Source: Fibrobacteria bacterium (GTDB lineage: Bacteria; Fibrobacterota; Fibrobacteria; UBA11236). Taken from it: DNA of 64,000 nt. Shown here one piece after another: positions 29,371-39,174 of the stretch. The first letter of the stretch is position 1. Each line of letters begins with the position of its first letter. The translations under genes were made by a program, and so were the position numbers. The notes under the pieces were generated by a model, which was not told the DNA's origin, did no database searches, and saw only the letters and a list, made by a program, of their open reading frames with translations. The DNA lies in the NCBI GenBank assembly GCA_043745805.1, contig JAYTSD010000045.1:96001-160000 (forward strand), given 5' to 3'.

Positions 29371-31017
29371 TTAATGCCTGAAATGTCTTGTACCTGTGAA
29401 TATCATGGACATACCAAATTTGTCCGCAGTGGCTATAACCTCGGCATCACGCAAAGAACCACCTGGTTGTACAATATAACGAATTCCGGCCTCATGCGCA
29501 GCTATTACATTATCATCGAAAGGAAAAAAGGCATCGGAGGCCATCACACATTTGCTGAAAACTTCGGCGATGTATTTTTCCACGTCCAATCCATGCGTTT
29601 CGGCATAGCGTTTGGCATTTTCGCGTACTCGAGGTTGGCAAAGGCGTAAATTGGAGTCAATGCGATTAGGCTGTCCGGGACCCATACCAATCAATTGAAA
29701 TTGTCCTGGAGCATATTCAAATCCCATGGCAATAGCATTGGATTTAATGTGCTTACACGCTTTCCAAGTAAACAAGGCCAGCTTTTCCAAGGCTTCAGGC
29801 ATTTTGGTTTGCGTGGCGGTTTCCCATTTTTCATTGAGCAATATATCGCGGTCTTGCACGAGCATGCCGCCCAAAATATGCTTATATACTTTACGGGGTA
29901 ACGCGGCGGTTAAAGTGCCAATATCCAAGATGCGCAAGTCTTTACTTTTTTTCTGCAAATAATCAAGCGCATCGGCATCAAAGCCTGGCGCTAAAAGTAA
30001 TTCCACAAAGCGACCTTTAAGTTTTTCAGCAGTAGCCAAATCGACCTTACGTGTTACGGCTATAACAGAACCAAAAGCAGAAACCGGATCGCCTTCCCAA
30101 GCGGCTTCAAAAGCTTCGGCTAAAGTTTTACCGGTGGCATAACCACAAGGATTACAATGTTTAATAATCGCTACCGCAGGGACCTCATAAAGTTCGCGAA
30201 CCACTTCCAAAGCGGCATCCGCGTCCACCAAATTATTAAAGCTTAATTCTTTACCATGCAATTGTTTGGCGTTGCCTACATTGCTTTCTATGGAGTTATT
30301 GCCCAGATTTTTTTCTAAATAAAACACCGCTTTTTGATGATTATTTTCGCCATAGCGAAGTGTTTTTCCTTGATCAAAACTTAAACGTAAAGTGGGCTCA
30401 CCAGAAAATTTAGGCGCGAGATATTCATCAATAGCGGAATCATAATCTGCCGTATGTTGAAAAACTTTCAAAGCCAATTTTTGGCGAAACTCCAAGCCAG
30501 AAAAGTTATCTGAATCATTATCCGAGGATTCATCCAAGGTGTTTAAAGACGCAATGATTTGAGGATAGTCGAGAGGATCACAAACCACGGCGACAAAGCG
30601 ATAATTTTTTGCAGCGGCACGTAACATGGTAGGGCCGCCAATATCAATGTTTTCAATCGCTTCGGCCAAAGGCACATTCGGCTTGGCCACAGTGGCCGAA
30701 AAAGGATATAGGTTTACTACTACTATATCAATAGTGTCAATTTGTTGTTCACGCAATGCGTCTTGATGGGATTTTTCATCACGAATGGCGAGAATTCCAC
30801 CATGGATTTTTGGATGCAAAGTTTTTACTCGTCCATCCATAATTTCAGGAGCGCCTGTATACTCGGAAACGGCAATCGCGGGAATATTATTATCGCGTAA
30901 AAACTTAAGTGTCCCACCGGTACTTAGGATGCGAATGTTTTTTTGTGCCAAAGCTTGGGCAAAGGGAAGTAATCCGGTTTTATCGGATACGCTGAGTAAG
31001 GCGGTTTTAAGGCTCAC
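29371..31017 (-). CDS. purH: Bifunctional AICAR transformylase / IMP cyclohydrolase
   Basis: ALLSVSDKTG, GRVKTLHP, IDIGGPTMLRAAAKN, LRYGEN, ASDAFFPF, TGTRHFRH. Confidence 0.98.
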   Translation of the reverse strand: MSLKTALLSVSDKTGLLPFAQALAQKNIRILSTGGTLKFLRDNNIPAIAVSEYTGAPEIMDGRVKTLHPKIHGGILAIRDEKSHQDALREQQIDTIDIVVVNLYPFSATVAKPNVPLAEAIENIDIGGPTMLRAAAKNYRFVAVVCDPLDYPQIIASLNTLDESSDNDSDNFSGLEFRQKLALKVFQHTADYDSAIDEYLAPKFSGEPTLRLSFDQGKTLRYGENNHQKAVFYLEKNLGNNSIESNVGNAKQLHGKELSFNNLVDADAALEVVRELYEVPAVAIIKHCNPCGYATGKTLAEAFEAAWEGDPVSAFGSVIAVTRKVDLATAEKLKGRFVELLLAPGFDADALDYLQKKSKDLRILDIGTLTAALPRKVYKHILGGMLVQDRDILLNEKWETATQTKMPEALEKLALFTWKACKHIKSNAIAMGFEYAPGQFQLIGMGPGQPNRIDSNLRLCQPRVRENAKRYAETHGLDVEKYIAEVFSKCVMASDAFFPFDDNVIAAHEAGIRYIVQPGGSLRDAEVIATADKFGMSMIFTGTRHFRH

Positions 31018-31903
31018 TGAAATCCTTTCCAGTTAAAAGTTTATAGGCTTCTAAATATTTAAGTCTTGTATTGTGAATCACCATTTCGGGTAATTTGGGA
31101 CCGGGATAAGTTTTATCCCAAGTTAAAGTTTGCAAATAATCGCGTACATATTGTTTATCAAAACTTTTAGGCTCTTCGCCTTCACGATAATCCGTAGCCG
31201 GCCAAAAGCGTGAAGAGTCGGGCGTTAACACTTCATCGATTAAAATAATTTCGCCATCGACTTCTCCAAACTCAAATTTGGTGTCGGCTATTATTACACC
31301 TTTTGCGGCTGCGATATCGCGAGCCTTAGCATAGATTTCCAAAGTATATCGTTTTAGTTTTTCCGCATTAGTTTCGCCAATCATTTTTACCATGGTTGCG
31401 AAATCAATATTTTCATCATGGCCAATATCATTCTTAGCTGCCGGCGTAAAAATGGGCGTTTCCAATTTTGCACTTTGCTTAAGATGAGCTGGTAATTTAA
31501 TGCCACATACAGAACCCGTTTGTAAATAATCTTTCCAACCAGAACCTGCGAGATACCCTCGTACTACGCATTCCACATCAAAGCGCCTAGCTTTTTTGAC
31601 CAGCATGGAACGACCTCGTAAATAGGCTTTATGTTTATGTAGGTCCGCAGGAAATTTGGAAACCTCGCTGGCGATGAAATGATTGGGGAAGCCTAATTGT
31701 TGAAACCAATAAAGCGAAAGTTGCGTTAGTATGGCGCCTTTGTCGGGAATACGAGTCGGTAAAACCACATCAAAAGCGGAAAGTCTATCAGAGGCAACCA
31801 TTAGGAGCTGATTTCCTAAGTCATACATATCACGGACTTTACCGCGAGAGAATAAAGGAAATTCAGTAATGGGAGTGGGGTCGGGTTCAAAACGCTTAAT
31901 CAT
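31007..31903 (-). CDS. purC: SAICAR synthetase
   Basis: RGKVRDMY, SDRLSAFD, ECVVRGYLAGS, ADTKFEFG, DEVLTPDSSRFW, DKQYVRD. Confidence 0.98.
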   Translation of the reverse strand: MIKRFEPDPTPITEFPLFSRGKVRDMYDLGNQLLMVASDRLSAFDVVLPTRIPDKGAILTQLSLYWFQQLGFPNHFIASEVSKFPADLHKHKAYLRGRSMLVKKARRFDVECVVRGYLAGSGWKDYLQTGSVCGIKLPAHLKQSAKLETPIFTPAAKNDIGHDENIDFATMVKMIGETNAEKLKRYTLEIYAKARDIAAAKGVIIADTKFEFGEVDGEIILIDEVLTPDSSRFWPATDYREGEEPKSFDKQYVRDYLQTLTWDKTYPGPKLPEMVIHNTRLKYLEAYKLLTGKDFSEP

Positions 31904-31949
31904 GCGACAAAGATAGTGTGAGACTAACCCACCGTCAATTTCACAAATG

Positions 31950-31986
31950 TGTAAAATAATGGCGACTAGATTCGGATTTCTTTACA
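31950..31986 (+). promoter_or_regulatory. Putative enhancer-binding-protein site (PEP-CTERM box-like inverted pair)
   Basis: TGTAAA-ataat-GGCGAC ... TCGG-atttc-TTTACA about 40 nt upstream of a sigma-54 motif. Confidence 0.55.
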
Positions 31987-32022
31987 GATTAGAGAAAATA
32001 GCGGCCAAATTTTGATAATTTT

Positions 32023-32039
32023 TAGGCATTTAATTTGCT
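32023..32039 (+). promoter_or_regulatory. Sigma-54 (-24/-12) promoter of the PEP-CTERM gene
   Basis: TAGGCATTTAATTTGCT: GG(32025-26)-N10-GC(32037-38). Confidence 0.7.
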
Positions 32040-32080
32040 CAATGTGGATTTAGGATAAAACATCTTAATAGGGAGAATTA

Positions 32081-32932
32081 ATGAAAACAAGTATTCTTGC
32101 TGGTATTGTGCTGGCTGCAGGTATTTCTTTGGCATCAGCAACCGTGGTTACAAGTGGCGCAACTGCCGTCGACTTGGCAAATACCATTGTCGGAACAGGT
32201 ATTTCCATCTCGGGAGCAGCTTATTCTGGTTCAGCTGCACAAAACGGAACATATACTGGTTCCACGGTTGAATCTCAAGGTCAATCTCTTTTAAGCACTG
32301 GAATTGTTCTTTCCTCTGGAAGTGCAGCTACTTTAAATGGTACGTCAAATACGGTAACCAATAGCACTTTAGCAGTTAACGGAGCAGGCGATGCAAATTT
32401 AAATAGCCTTATCCCAGGTTTTAGCACTTTTGATGCCGCTACCTTAGAATTTGATTTCATCGCTGCAGGTACCGGTACGGTTACCGCTTCTTTTTGGTAT
32501 GTATTTGGTTCAGAAGAATATAATGAATATGTAAACACAAGTTTTAATGATGTATTCGGCTTCTTCTTGGACGGATCGAATGTCGCTTTAATTCCGTCCA
32601 CAACGACTCCAGTATCCATTAATAATGTGAACGCAGGTTCGAATGCTACTTATTACAATAACAATAGCCCTGGTCCATTCGCAACTGAAATGGATGGTTT
32701 CACAAAGCCATTATTTGTTACCTTTACTGTTGCCGGTGGCTCAACTCATCATATGAAATTGGCTATTGCTGATGCAGGTGATACAGTTTTGGATTCATGG
32801 GTTATGATTGGTGGCAATAGCTTTACCAATCAACCTCCAGTTGAAGCTGTACCAGAACCTACAACTCTAGCACTTTTTGCTGTAGGCTTAATCGGCTTTG
32901 CAGGAATCGCTCGTCGTCGCGGCTTAGTTTAG
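32081..32932 (+). CDS. PEP-CTERM protein with choice-of-anchor L domain
   Basis: Signal peptide; GIVLSSG, DAATLEFDF, YVFGSEEY.EY...FNDVFGF, NVALIP, LAIADAGD..LDS; VPEPTTLALFAVGLIGFAGIARRR. Confidence 0.92.
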   Translation: MKTSILAGIVLAAGISLASATVVTSGATAVDLANTIVGTGISISGAAYSGSAAQNGTYTGSTVESQGQSLLSTGIVLSSGSAATLNGTSNTVTNSTLAVNGAGDANLNSLIPGFSTFDAATLEFDFIAAGTGTVTASFWYVFGSEEYNEYVNTSFNDVFGFFLDGSNVALIPSTTTPVSINNVNAGSNATYYNNNSPGPFATEMDGFTKPLFVTFTVAGGSTHHMKLAIADAGDTVLDSWVMIGGNSFTNQPPVEAVPEPTTLALFAVGLIGFAGIARRRGLV

Positions 32933-32955
32933 TTCATTAATTAAAATTTGCTCTT

Positions 32956-32985
32956 AAAAAAGGGTCGCGCAAGCGGCCCTTTTTT
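32956..32985 (+). terminator. Intrinsic terminator
   Basis: A6-GGGTCGC-gcaa-GCGGCCC-T6. Confidence 0.85.
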
Positions 32986-33097
32986 AATGGTCTTTTTTAA
33001 ACTTTATTTTTTTAGGTAATGATACACGAGGATAAATAAATATAAGCAAATGAAACCATTGCAATTCCAGGCGCTTTAATTATATTGTCTTGCACGA

Positions 33098-33174
33098 TGC
33101 GGGGTGGAGCAACCCGGTAGCTCGTTGGGCTCATAACCCAAAGGTTTCAGGTTCAAATCCTGACCCCGCTACCA
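33098..33174 (+). tRNA. Initiator tRNA-fMet(CAT)
   Basis: TGCGGGGTGGAGCAACCCGGTAGCTCGTTGGGCT-CAT-AACCCAAAGG...CCCCGCTACCA; 1:72 mismatch and three G-C pairs in the anticodon stem. Confidence 0.96.
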
Positions 33175-33263
33175 ACATTAAAGCTTGAGTTCGTAAGAAC
33201 AAAAGCTTTAAAAAAAATAAAGCAAAACCATTGTCACCATTCCAAGACAATGGACTAGCCTTG

Positions 33264-33293
33264 AAAAAGCCTGCGGTAACGCAGGCTTTTTTT
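33264..33293 (+). terminator. Intrinsic terminator after tRNA-fMet
   Basis: AAAAAGCCTGCG-gtaa-CGCAGGC-T7. Confidence 0.85.
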
Positions 33294-33313
33294 ATTTAAT
33301 CAATTGAAAGCCA

Positions 33314-33375
33314 GTAGCAATACAGGCATTTTTTTATGGTTCCGTAGCAATACTAATCTTATTTATGTAGCAATA
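33314..33375 (+). repeat. Three direct GTAGCAATA repeats
   Basis: Copies start at 33314, 33344 and 33367. Confidence 0.7.
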
Positions 33376-33427
33376 AAATTATTGCTTTATTTTATGCTTT
33401 TCAAGCTAACCTTTTTATTTTTAATCT

Positions 33428-33985
33428 ATGCAAATTGAAAACACCAAAATCAATGACTTAAAAATTATTCATCCCAAAGTTATTCGCGATGATCGCGGAT
33501 GGTTTTGCGAAAGCTATAATCAAGAAAAATATTCTCAACTCGGTATTGATACGGTTTTTGTGCAAGATAATCATAGCCAGTCGGCACGCTTAACTTTGCG
33601 TGGTTTGCATTTTCAAACGACGCCTGGACAAGCCAAATTAATCCGTTGTACGCAAGGTGAGATTTGGGATGTGGCTGTGGATATAAGAGCTGAATCGCCT
33701 ACGCTAGGTCAATGGCATGGCCTTGTGCTTAGTGCCGAAAATCAGCAACAATTATTTATTCCCGTGGGATTTGCGCATGGATTCTTGGTACTCAGTGAAT
33801 ATGCGGAAGTACAGTATAAATGTTCAAATGTGTATGTGGCGGCTACGGAATCCGGAATAGCTTGGGATGATGCTGAAATAGGGGTAGCTTGGCCAATACC
33901 GAAAGGCGAAGTGCCTTTACTCTCTAAACGCGATCAAGGTAATCAAAGCTTTAAGGAGCTAATACAAGGTCGACGCGGAAATTAA
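33428..33985 (+). CDS. rfbC: dTDP-4-dehydrorhamnose 3,5-epimerase
   Basis: DDRGWF.E, FVQDNHS.S, LRGLHFQ, DVAVDIR..SPT, GFAHGF. Confidence 0.96.
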   Translation: MQIENTKINDLKIIHPKVIRDDRGWFCESYNQEKYSQLGIDTVFVQDNHSQSARLTLRGLHFQTTPGQAKLIRCTQGEIWDVAVDIRAESPTLGQWHGLVLSAENQQQLFIPVGFAHGFLVLSEYAEVQYKCSNVYVAATESGIAWDDAEIGVAWPIPKGEVPLLSKRDQGNQSFKELIQGRRGN

Positions 33986-34031
33986 CTATTAAGCCCGTTT
34001 AATTTATTGGGTGAAAGCTTTCACCAGTAAA

Positions 34032-34733
34032 TTAATAGTATTCGCTTAAAATCACTCGCTGGAAAATTTCGAAATATTCTTCTCCGCGCTTTTCCATATC
34101 GAGCGGTTTATTTAAAAATTCATAAAAGCGTCCTTGGCGTAAAGTTTTATGCATAAGATTATCATCACCCGCAGGATTACCCGTGATCAGCACAAATTTT
34201 AAAAAGGGTTTACTTTTGTGGATTAAATCGCAAAGTTCATTGCCGCTCATTTGTGGCATTACTTCATCAGTAATCACTAATACTACTTCGCTATTTTGCA
34301 AAATAAATTGTGCCGCTTCTTGTGGGTTTTGAAAGGTTTTTAAATTCAGGCGCTTGCCATATTTGCGTTTGAAAAGAAATAGATTATCCTCTTCATCATC
34401 TACATAAACGACCAAGGGATTATTTAAACCATGATGTATACAAGAAAAAATATGATCGGCCATTTGCCCTAAGGTTTTATAATGCCCCATATCCATGGGT
34501 GTACCGCGGTACATCTCCTGCATGGCAAACATCATGGCAATATTAATAGTGATGCCCCCAAAGCGATGTTTTAATTCCTGGTCTAAAAGGGCTATGGTTT
34601 CTTTTTGTATATGGCAATCAAGCAATGCGCATTCGCTATTGCGTAGGACTGGCTGTGGAACAAAGGCGGGATTTTCTCCAGCTAATTTGTCGAGTACGCT
34701 TAGTAAAATCTCAAAAATTCGCGGTGAACGCAT
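34032..34733 (-). CDS. Response regulator: degenerate ACP-like N-terminal domain plus C-terminal receiver domain
   Basis: REC motifs VYVDDEEDN, VITDEVMP.MSG, ITG, FLNKP; paralog of 42176..42841. Confidence 0.8.
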   Translation of the reverse strand: MRSPRIFEILLSVLDKLAGENPAFVPQPVLRNSECALLDCHIQKETIALLDQELKHRFGGITINIAMMFAMQEMYRGTPMDMGHYKTLGQMADHIFSCIHHGLNNPLVVYVDDEEDNLFLFKRKYGKRLNLKTFQNPQEAAQFILQNSEVVLVITDEVMPQMSGNELCDLIHKSKPFLKFVLITGNPAGDDNLMHKTLRQGRFYEFLNKPLDMEKRGEEYFEIFQRVILSEYY

Positions 34734-34831
34734 GTTTTATTATAAAGCTTGGATGACAAATACTCTAGATATTTTTGCTGCGATTTATATCGAAAGGTTT
34801 AAATTCGTTGCAGTTTTCCATTTTTTCGGGA

Positions 34832-35803
34832 TTAAACTTGATTGCGAGGATGAAAAGACTTATGCGTTTCTCGCAAATAATCCTGATCCAAATGGGTATA
34901 AATTTGTGTGGTGCTAATATCGGTATGGCCCAGCATTTCTTGCACGGAACGTAAATCGGCACCGGCTTCAATTAAATGAGTGGCAAAAGTATGCCGAAAA
35001 GTATGGGGTGAAACGGCAGTTTTAATATCGCTAGCCAGGCAAATTTGTTGTACGATTTTCCAAGCTCCCATACGGCTTAAAGGTTTGCCGCGCCAATTAA
35101 GCAGTAAAGTATTATCGCGAGCATTAAGGCTTTGTCTTTCGCTGGCTAAATATTGTTTTAAGCTTGCCGATACTTTTTGGCCTAAAGGCACAAGTCTTTG
35201 CTTATTTCCTTTGCCTTGCACCATTACCACATCTTCATCGAAATGTAATTGATCAATTTGCAAAGTAATTGCTTCGGAAATGCGTAATCCTAATCCATAC
35301 AATAATTCAATTAAGCAAAGATTACGTGCCGGTCCAATTTTGTTTTCGCCATTATTTTGCAAGGCTTCCGGAAGTTCTGAAAGATGTGTATAAATACTTT
35401 GCATTTCCACATGGCTCAAAGAGGAGGGCTTATAACGCTGTTGCCGTGGCGCGCGCAGGCCCATAGTGGGATCTTCAGTCAATAAATTTTCTTCGATTAA
35501 ATACTGGCAATAGCTTTTAATGCTGGAAACATAACGTGCTAGGCTTGCCGCAGCAATGCCTAAATCGGTAAGACCTTGGATGAATCCTCGTAAGGTTAAA
35601 GCGGTTAAATCTTTCACTGTGGGTTTATTATTGTTTTGCGCGAGATGGCGAAATAGTAAGAGTAAGTCGCGAGTATAGGAATCCACCGTTTCGGGGCTAA
35701 GCCTTTTTTCTAATTGCAATAAGGCTTGGTAACCGCTAAGTGACGGTATTTCGGGATCCGCAGGGGAATCTTTTTCCGTTAATCCTAATCCTTGTTTCTC
35801 CAC
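34832..35803 (-). CDS. xerD: Site-specific tyrosine recombinase XerD
   Basis: EKRLSPET..SY..DL, LYGLGLRISE, GKGNKQRLVP, LSRMGAW, HTFRHTFATHL..GADLRSVQEMLGH.DISTTQIYTH. Confidence 0.88.
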   Translation of the reverse strand: MEKQGLGLTEKDSPADPEIPSLSGYQALLQLEKRLSPETVDSYTRDLLLLFRHLAQNNNKPTVKDLTALTLRGFIQGLTDLGIAAASLARYVSSIKSYCQYLIEENLLTEDPTMGLRAPRQQRYKPSSLSHVEMQSIYTHLSELPEALQNNGENKIGPARNLCLIELLYGLGLRISEAITLQIDQLHFDEDVVMVQGKGNKQRLVPLGQKVSASLKQYLASERQSLNARDNTLLLNWRGKPLSRMGAWKIVQQICLASDIKTAVSPHTFRHTFATHLIEAGADLRSVQEMLGHTDISTTQIYTHLDQDYLRETHKSFHPRNQV

Positions 35804-35806
35804 GCT

Positions 35807-36802
35807 TTAAGGAATCCCTTTATCAATCACCGCTTTGGCCAAACGATGAAAAAGTGTTGGATTTGCGATGGCCTTACTTAAATTTTCGCGGGTTAAGCTC
35901 GCGGCTAAATCTTTATGATTGCTTGAGCACCAATGTAAGGTATAAGTATTTTCTGGCAAGATTTTTCCTGGGCCATAAAAAAAACGGAAAGTTTGGCTGG
36001 GGGGTATGGTGTAAAAATAATCGCTGCCAAGCCTTGTCATTTCAGAGTCCATGTGATCTCCGGCAATGCCCGTAGGGTCAGTAGGCTTGGACCCAAATAA
36101 AGCAAAAGCACGATTCATTAATATAGGACCGAGATTAAAACGAATAGTAGGATCGGTTTCGGGAATAAGTTTTAATACTTGCATAAAAAAAGCACTACCG
36201 GCTTCGCAAGCCAATACCGCATTGTTTAATTTTTTTGCACTCCATAAGCGCATAAGTATTTTATTAATCACATTAATAGCGCGACTGTCTTTTAAAAATT
36301 TTGCATTCCATAAAGAGAGATAATAACTAAGTCCAAAAGCCGCGCCGAAAGGAATGATTTCGGGAGTGAACTTGCCTGCTACTCTATCATCATCGCATCG
36401 AAATACAGCTTCTTCACCAATGAAGGCGCGATGTTTTAATAAAGGTGTATAATCTTTAACCGTAAGGGTATCGAAATCTAAATAAATACCGCCTTCGCGC
36501 ACTAAAATCAGATAACGCAAAATATTGCTTTTGCCAGCTAAATAAGTATTAGAAATGGAGGCAATGATTTGTTTCATGCTTTGCCATTCTTCGGGCAAGC
36601 CTTGCAATAAAGCCGCTAAATCAATAGGTCGAAATTCCACGCGGCCTTGCAGATTTTTCCAAAATTCATTGTGAGGTGGATTTTCAAAATGAATAGTCAC
36701 TTTAGCATTTGGATTAGTTTGTAAAATAGATTCAATGGCAAGTTGATTAACAAATGGGAAATGTTGACCTATCCAAATGAGATGAAAATGATGAGGAATC
36801 AT
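35807..36802 (-). CDS. DXD-motif glycosyltransferase (GT32 / Gly_transf_sug family)
   Basis: Likely start MIPHHFHLIWIG (36802); SNILRYLILVREGGIYLDFD, NNAVLA, GP.L, LHW. Confidence 0.85.
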   Translation of the reverse strand: MIPHHFHLIWIGQHFPFVNQLAIESILQTNPNAKVTIHFENPPHNEFWKNLQGRVEFRPIDLAALLQGLPEEWQSMKQIIASISNTYLAGKSNILRYLILVREGGIYLDFDTLTVKDYTPLLKHRAFIGEEAVFRCDDDRVAGKFTPEIIPFGAAFGLSYYLSLWNAKFLKDSRAINVINKILMRLWSAKKLNNAVLACEAGSAFFMQVLKLIPETDPTIRFNLGPILMNRAFALFGSKPTDPTGIAGDHMDSEMTRLGSDYFYTIPPSQTFRFFYGPGKILPENTYTLHWCSSNHKDLAASLTRENLSKAIANPTLFHRLAKAVIDKGIP

Positions 36803-36899
36803 AATTTGCTTTTGGGGATAAACGGTGAGAATGGGTTGCGTGGCGAAAGTGTTTTTGTGGTATTGTCGGTGATCAATCGCATATAATAAGACGAATATA

Positions 36900-39002
36900 A
36901 TGAAAACCACGCCGAATGCAAAGTATTGCCGAACCTTGAGTAAACAATATTGTTCCTTAAGTCTGTGGATTTTTTGCTTCAGCTTATTTTTGCATACGGT
37001 TGCCGCGAATTCTTTCGCTCAAGATTCACTGAATAAAGCGGATTATTATCAGCCCACCATTCTAAAAGTTTGGGAGAAAACCATTGCAACCAATAGGGGC
37101 GTGCATGCTTGGAATAGCGATAATGATGGCCTATTAGTTTTTCAGGAATGGATAGCCTCAATGATTTTAGCACGTCATAGTTCCGAAGTCGCACAAATTA
37201 AACTGGGACGTAAATTGGAAAATTATGTGGTGGGTGGAAATATTAAACCCTTAGGATATGTGGGTACCACCTTGCCAGTTCCAGGTTTTGGCGAGGGAGA
37301 TTTTGATATGACTTTATTGAGTTGTATGACCTTGCTCGGCACCTTTGAACGCGACACTTTAATGTTAACGCATAAAACCTATGTGCATTTATTACGTCAG
37401 GTAATTTGTCTTTGGGGACAAACTCCCAAAGAAAATTTCGATATTTTTTTTCTGAGTTTCCCAGAAACAGAAAATCATTTATTCATGTCGGAAAGTATTC
37501 GCTATCTTACCAATCAAATATTGTATGAAAATCCTCGGCATTTAATTGCCATTAAACATTTGCGTGACTCCTTAACTCATGCCGGCATTGAGTTAAATAA
37601 TAATAATGGGGTAGTGCGGCGGTTACTATTAAAAAATATGCAATTGGTGCTTTCACGCGGGCTTTTTGAATTTAATGCAAAGGTTTATCAACGCTTTACT
37701 TTACATGCTTTGGATAATCTCTATAGCTTTGCTTCGGATTCAACCCTAGTGGCGGCTTCGCAAAGTGTTTTGCATTATTTAGCCACCAAATTTGCTTTCC
37801 AAAGTTTTAATGGTATTCGCTTTGGGCCTTATCGACGTAACTCGGAAAAATTTGCGGATTCCTCCTTAATTGACAGTGATGCGGCATGCAGTTTTTTTGC
37901 TATTCAAAGTGGCAAGTTTAATTGGGATAATAATTATTGGTTTGCGCATCGTTCCCATGCCGCTATGGCACTTTATTCCACGGTATTAAAATATAGAGTA
38001 CCCGATATATTATTGGATTTTATGCAAAATCGTGAAAACCCTTATTGGGCTTTATTTAGCAATGGTATTAATGTGGAGGCTAATGGTGGGCAAGCTTTGG
38101 AAAGTTACTATGGTGCGCCACATTTTTTGATGAGCGCTGGAGGTCAGTACACGGCATATGCGGGACGGAATTTTCCTACGCAGGGTTTTTGGTTAAAAAA
38201 AGCGCCTTGGGTTTATGATGTGGTAAGTCGTTCGAGTTCGGTCATTTTAGATCCGGCTATTAAGCAACCTTATGCTTTAACGGATATTCTGCATTTTAAA
38301 GGCGCACAATGGAAAGCCAATAATTTAGCTCTGCATCAAAATTTTCTGTATGGTTATGCCGAGGCTAGCCATCGTAAGGATTGGCCACAAGCTATTCCGA
38401 GTGATTGGCAACAAGATGGGGAAATTATGGATGGCGGAGGATTTGAATTTCGCTTTTATGATCAAAGCCGGCAAGGCGTATTTATAGTGCTAACGCGCTT
38501 GAAAAACCTGCCTTCATGGCGGTTTTGGGAGCGAACTTCTACGGTAAGAGGCACTATCGAAGTGGTGGATACGGCGGAAGCTCATTCCCTAGTTCTTTTT
38601 AAGGCAAAAATGCGCCAACAAAACATGCAAACATTAGGTAATCTATTTACTGCAAAACGGTTATATACCACCTACAAGGGTGTTAAATTAACGCTTAATC
38701 CAAGCTATGATAATACCCATACGGGCATTGTAAAAATACAAAGCCCACAAGATAAGGCGATTTGGAAACAAGGGTTATCTCCAGTATTCAAAAAAAGTAA
38801 TAGCTTATTGCAGGTGAATTGGATACAAGCCGATGGCTTATTAGGGCAGGAAATTGCCTCTGGAGATGGTCAAGGTAACTTACAGGTGATTAATCCGCAT
38901 TTGCAGCAAGAATTAAATATTTGCTTTAAAGAATGGTGGAATCCATGGATAGTTATGCAGGCTTGGCCGGTCCTTGAAAACAATATCAATAATGTGAAAT
39001 GA
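36900..39002 (+). CDS. Large secreted hypothetical protein, possibly alpha-toroid lyase-like
   Basis: Signal-like N-terminus; ETENH, RYLTNQ, GLFEFNAKVY..F...ALDNLY.FA, GPYRR. Confidence 0.6.
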   Translation: MKTTPNAKYCRTLSKQYCSLSLWIFCFSLFLHTVAANSFAQDSLNKADYYQPTILKVWEKTIATNRGVHAWNSDNDGLLVFQEWIASMILARHSSEVAQIKLGRKLENYVVGGNIKPLGYVGTTLPVPGFGEGDFDMTLLSCMTLLGTFERDTLMLTHKTYVHLLRQVICLWGQTPKENFDIFFLSFPETENHLFMSESIRYLTNQILYENPRHLIAIKHLRDSLTHAGIELNNNNGVVRRLLLKNMQLVLSRGLFEFNAKVYQRFTLHALDNLYSFASDSTLVAASQSVLHYLATKFAFQSFNGIRFGPYRRNSEKFADSSLIDSDAACSFFAIQSGKFNWDNNYWFAHRSHAAMALYSTVLKYRVPDILLDFMQNRENPYWALFSNGINVEANGGQALESYYGAPHFLMSAGGQYTAYAGRNFPTQGFWLKKAPWVYDVVSRSSSVILDPAIKQPYALTDILHFKGAQWKANNLALHQNFLYGYAEASHRKDWPQAIPSDWQQDGEIMDGGGFEFRFYDQSRQGVFIVLTRLKNLPSWRFWERTSTVRGTIEVVDTAEAHSLVLFKAKMRQQNMQTLGNLFTAKRLYTTYKGVKLTLNPSYDNTHTGIVKIQSPQDKAIWKQGLSPVFKKSNSLLQVNWIQADGLLGQEIASGDGQGNLQVINPHLQQELNICFKEWWNPWIVMQAWPVLENNINNVK

Positions 39003-39174
39003 ATAAATTTTAATACTTAAAAGTAAAATACCAGTTAAAATGGTGAATTCAGAGGAAAATCCAAAGGTTTTGTGTTTCCGATTGGCGTCGGCTTCAAATG
39101 GCTACCTTAAAAAATCGTATTTGTAATCAAAATGTATGAAGACAGATTTTTTTATTTAGGTGATCTTTATAATA

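Noticed and set aside
33314..33375. Possible mini CRISPR array
   Set aside because: The repeats are only 9 bp with uneven 21- and 14-bp gaps, and there are no cas genes.
34832..35803. Tyrosine recombinase as a prophage or island integrase
   Set aside because: It has XerD-specific motifs and length, with no phage genes or att duplication nearby.
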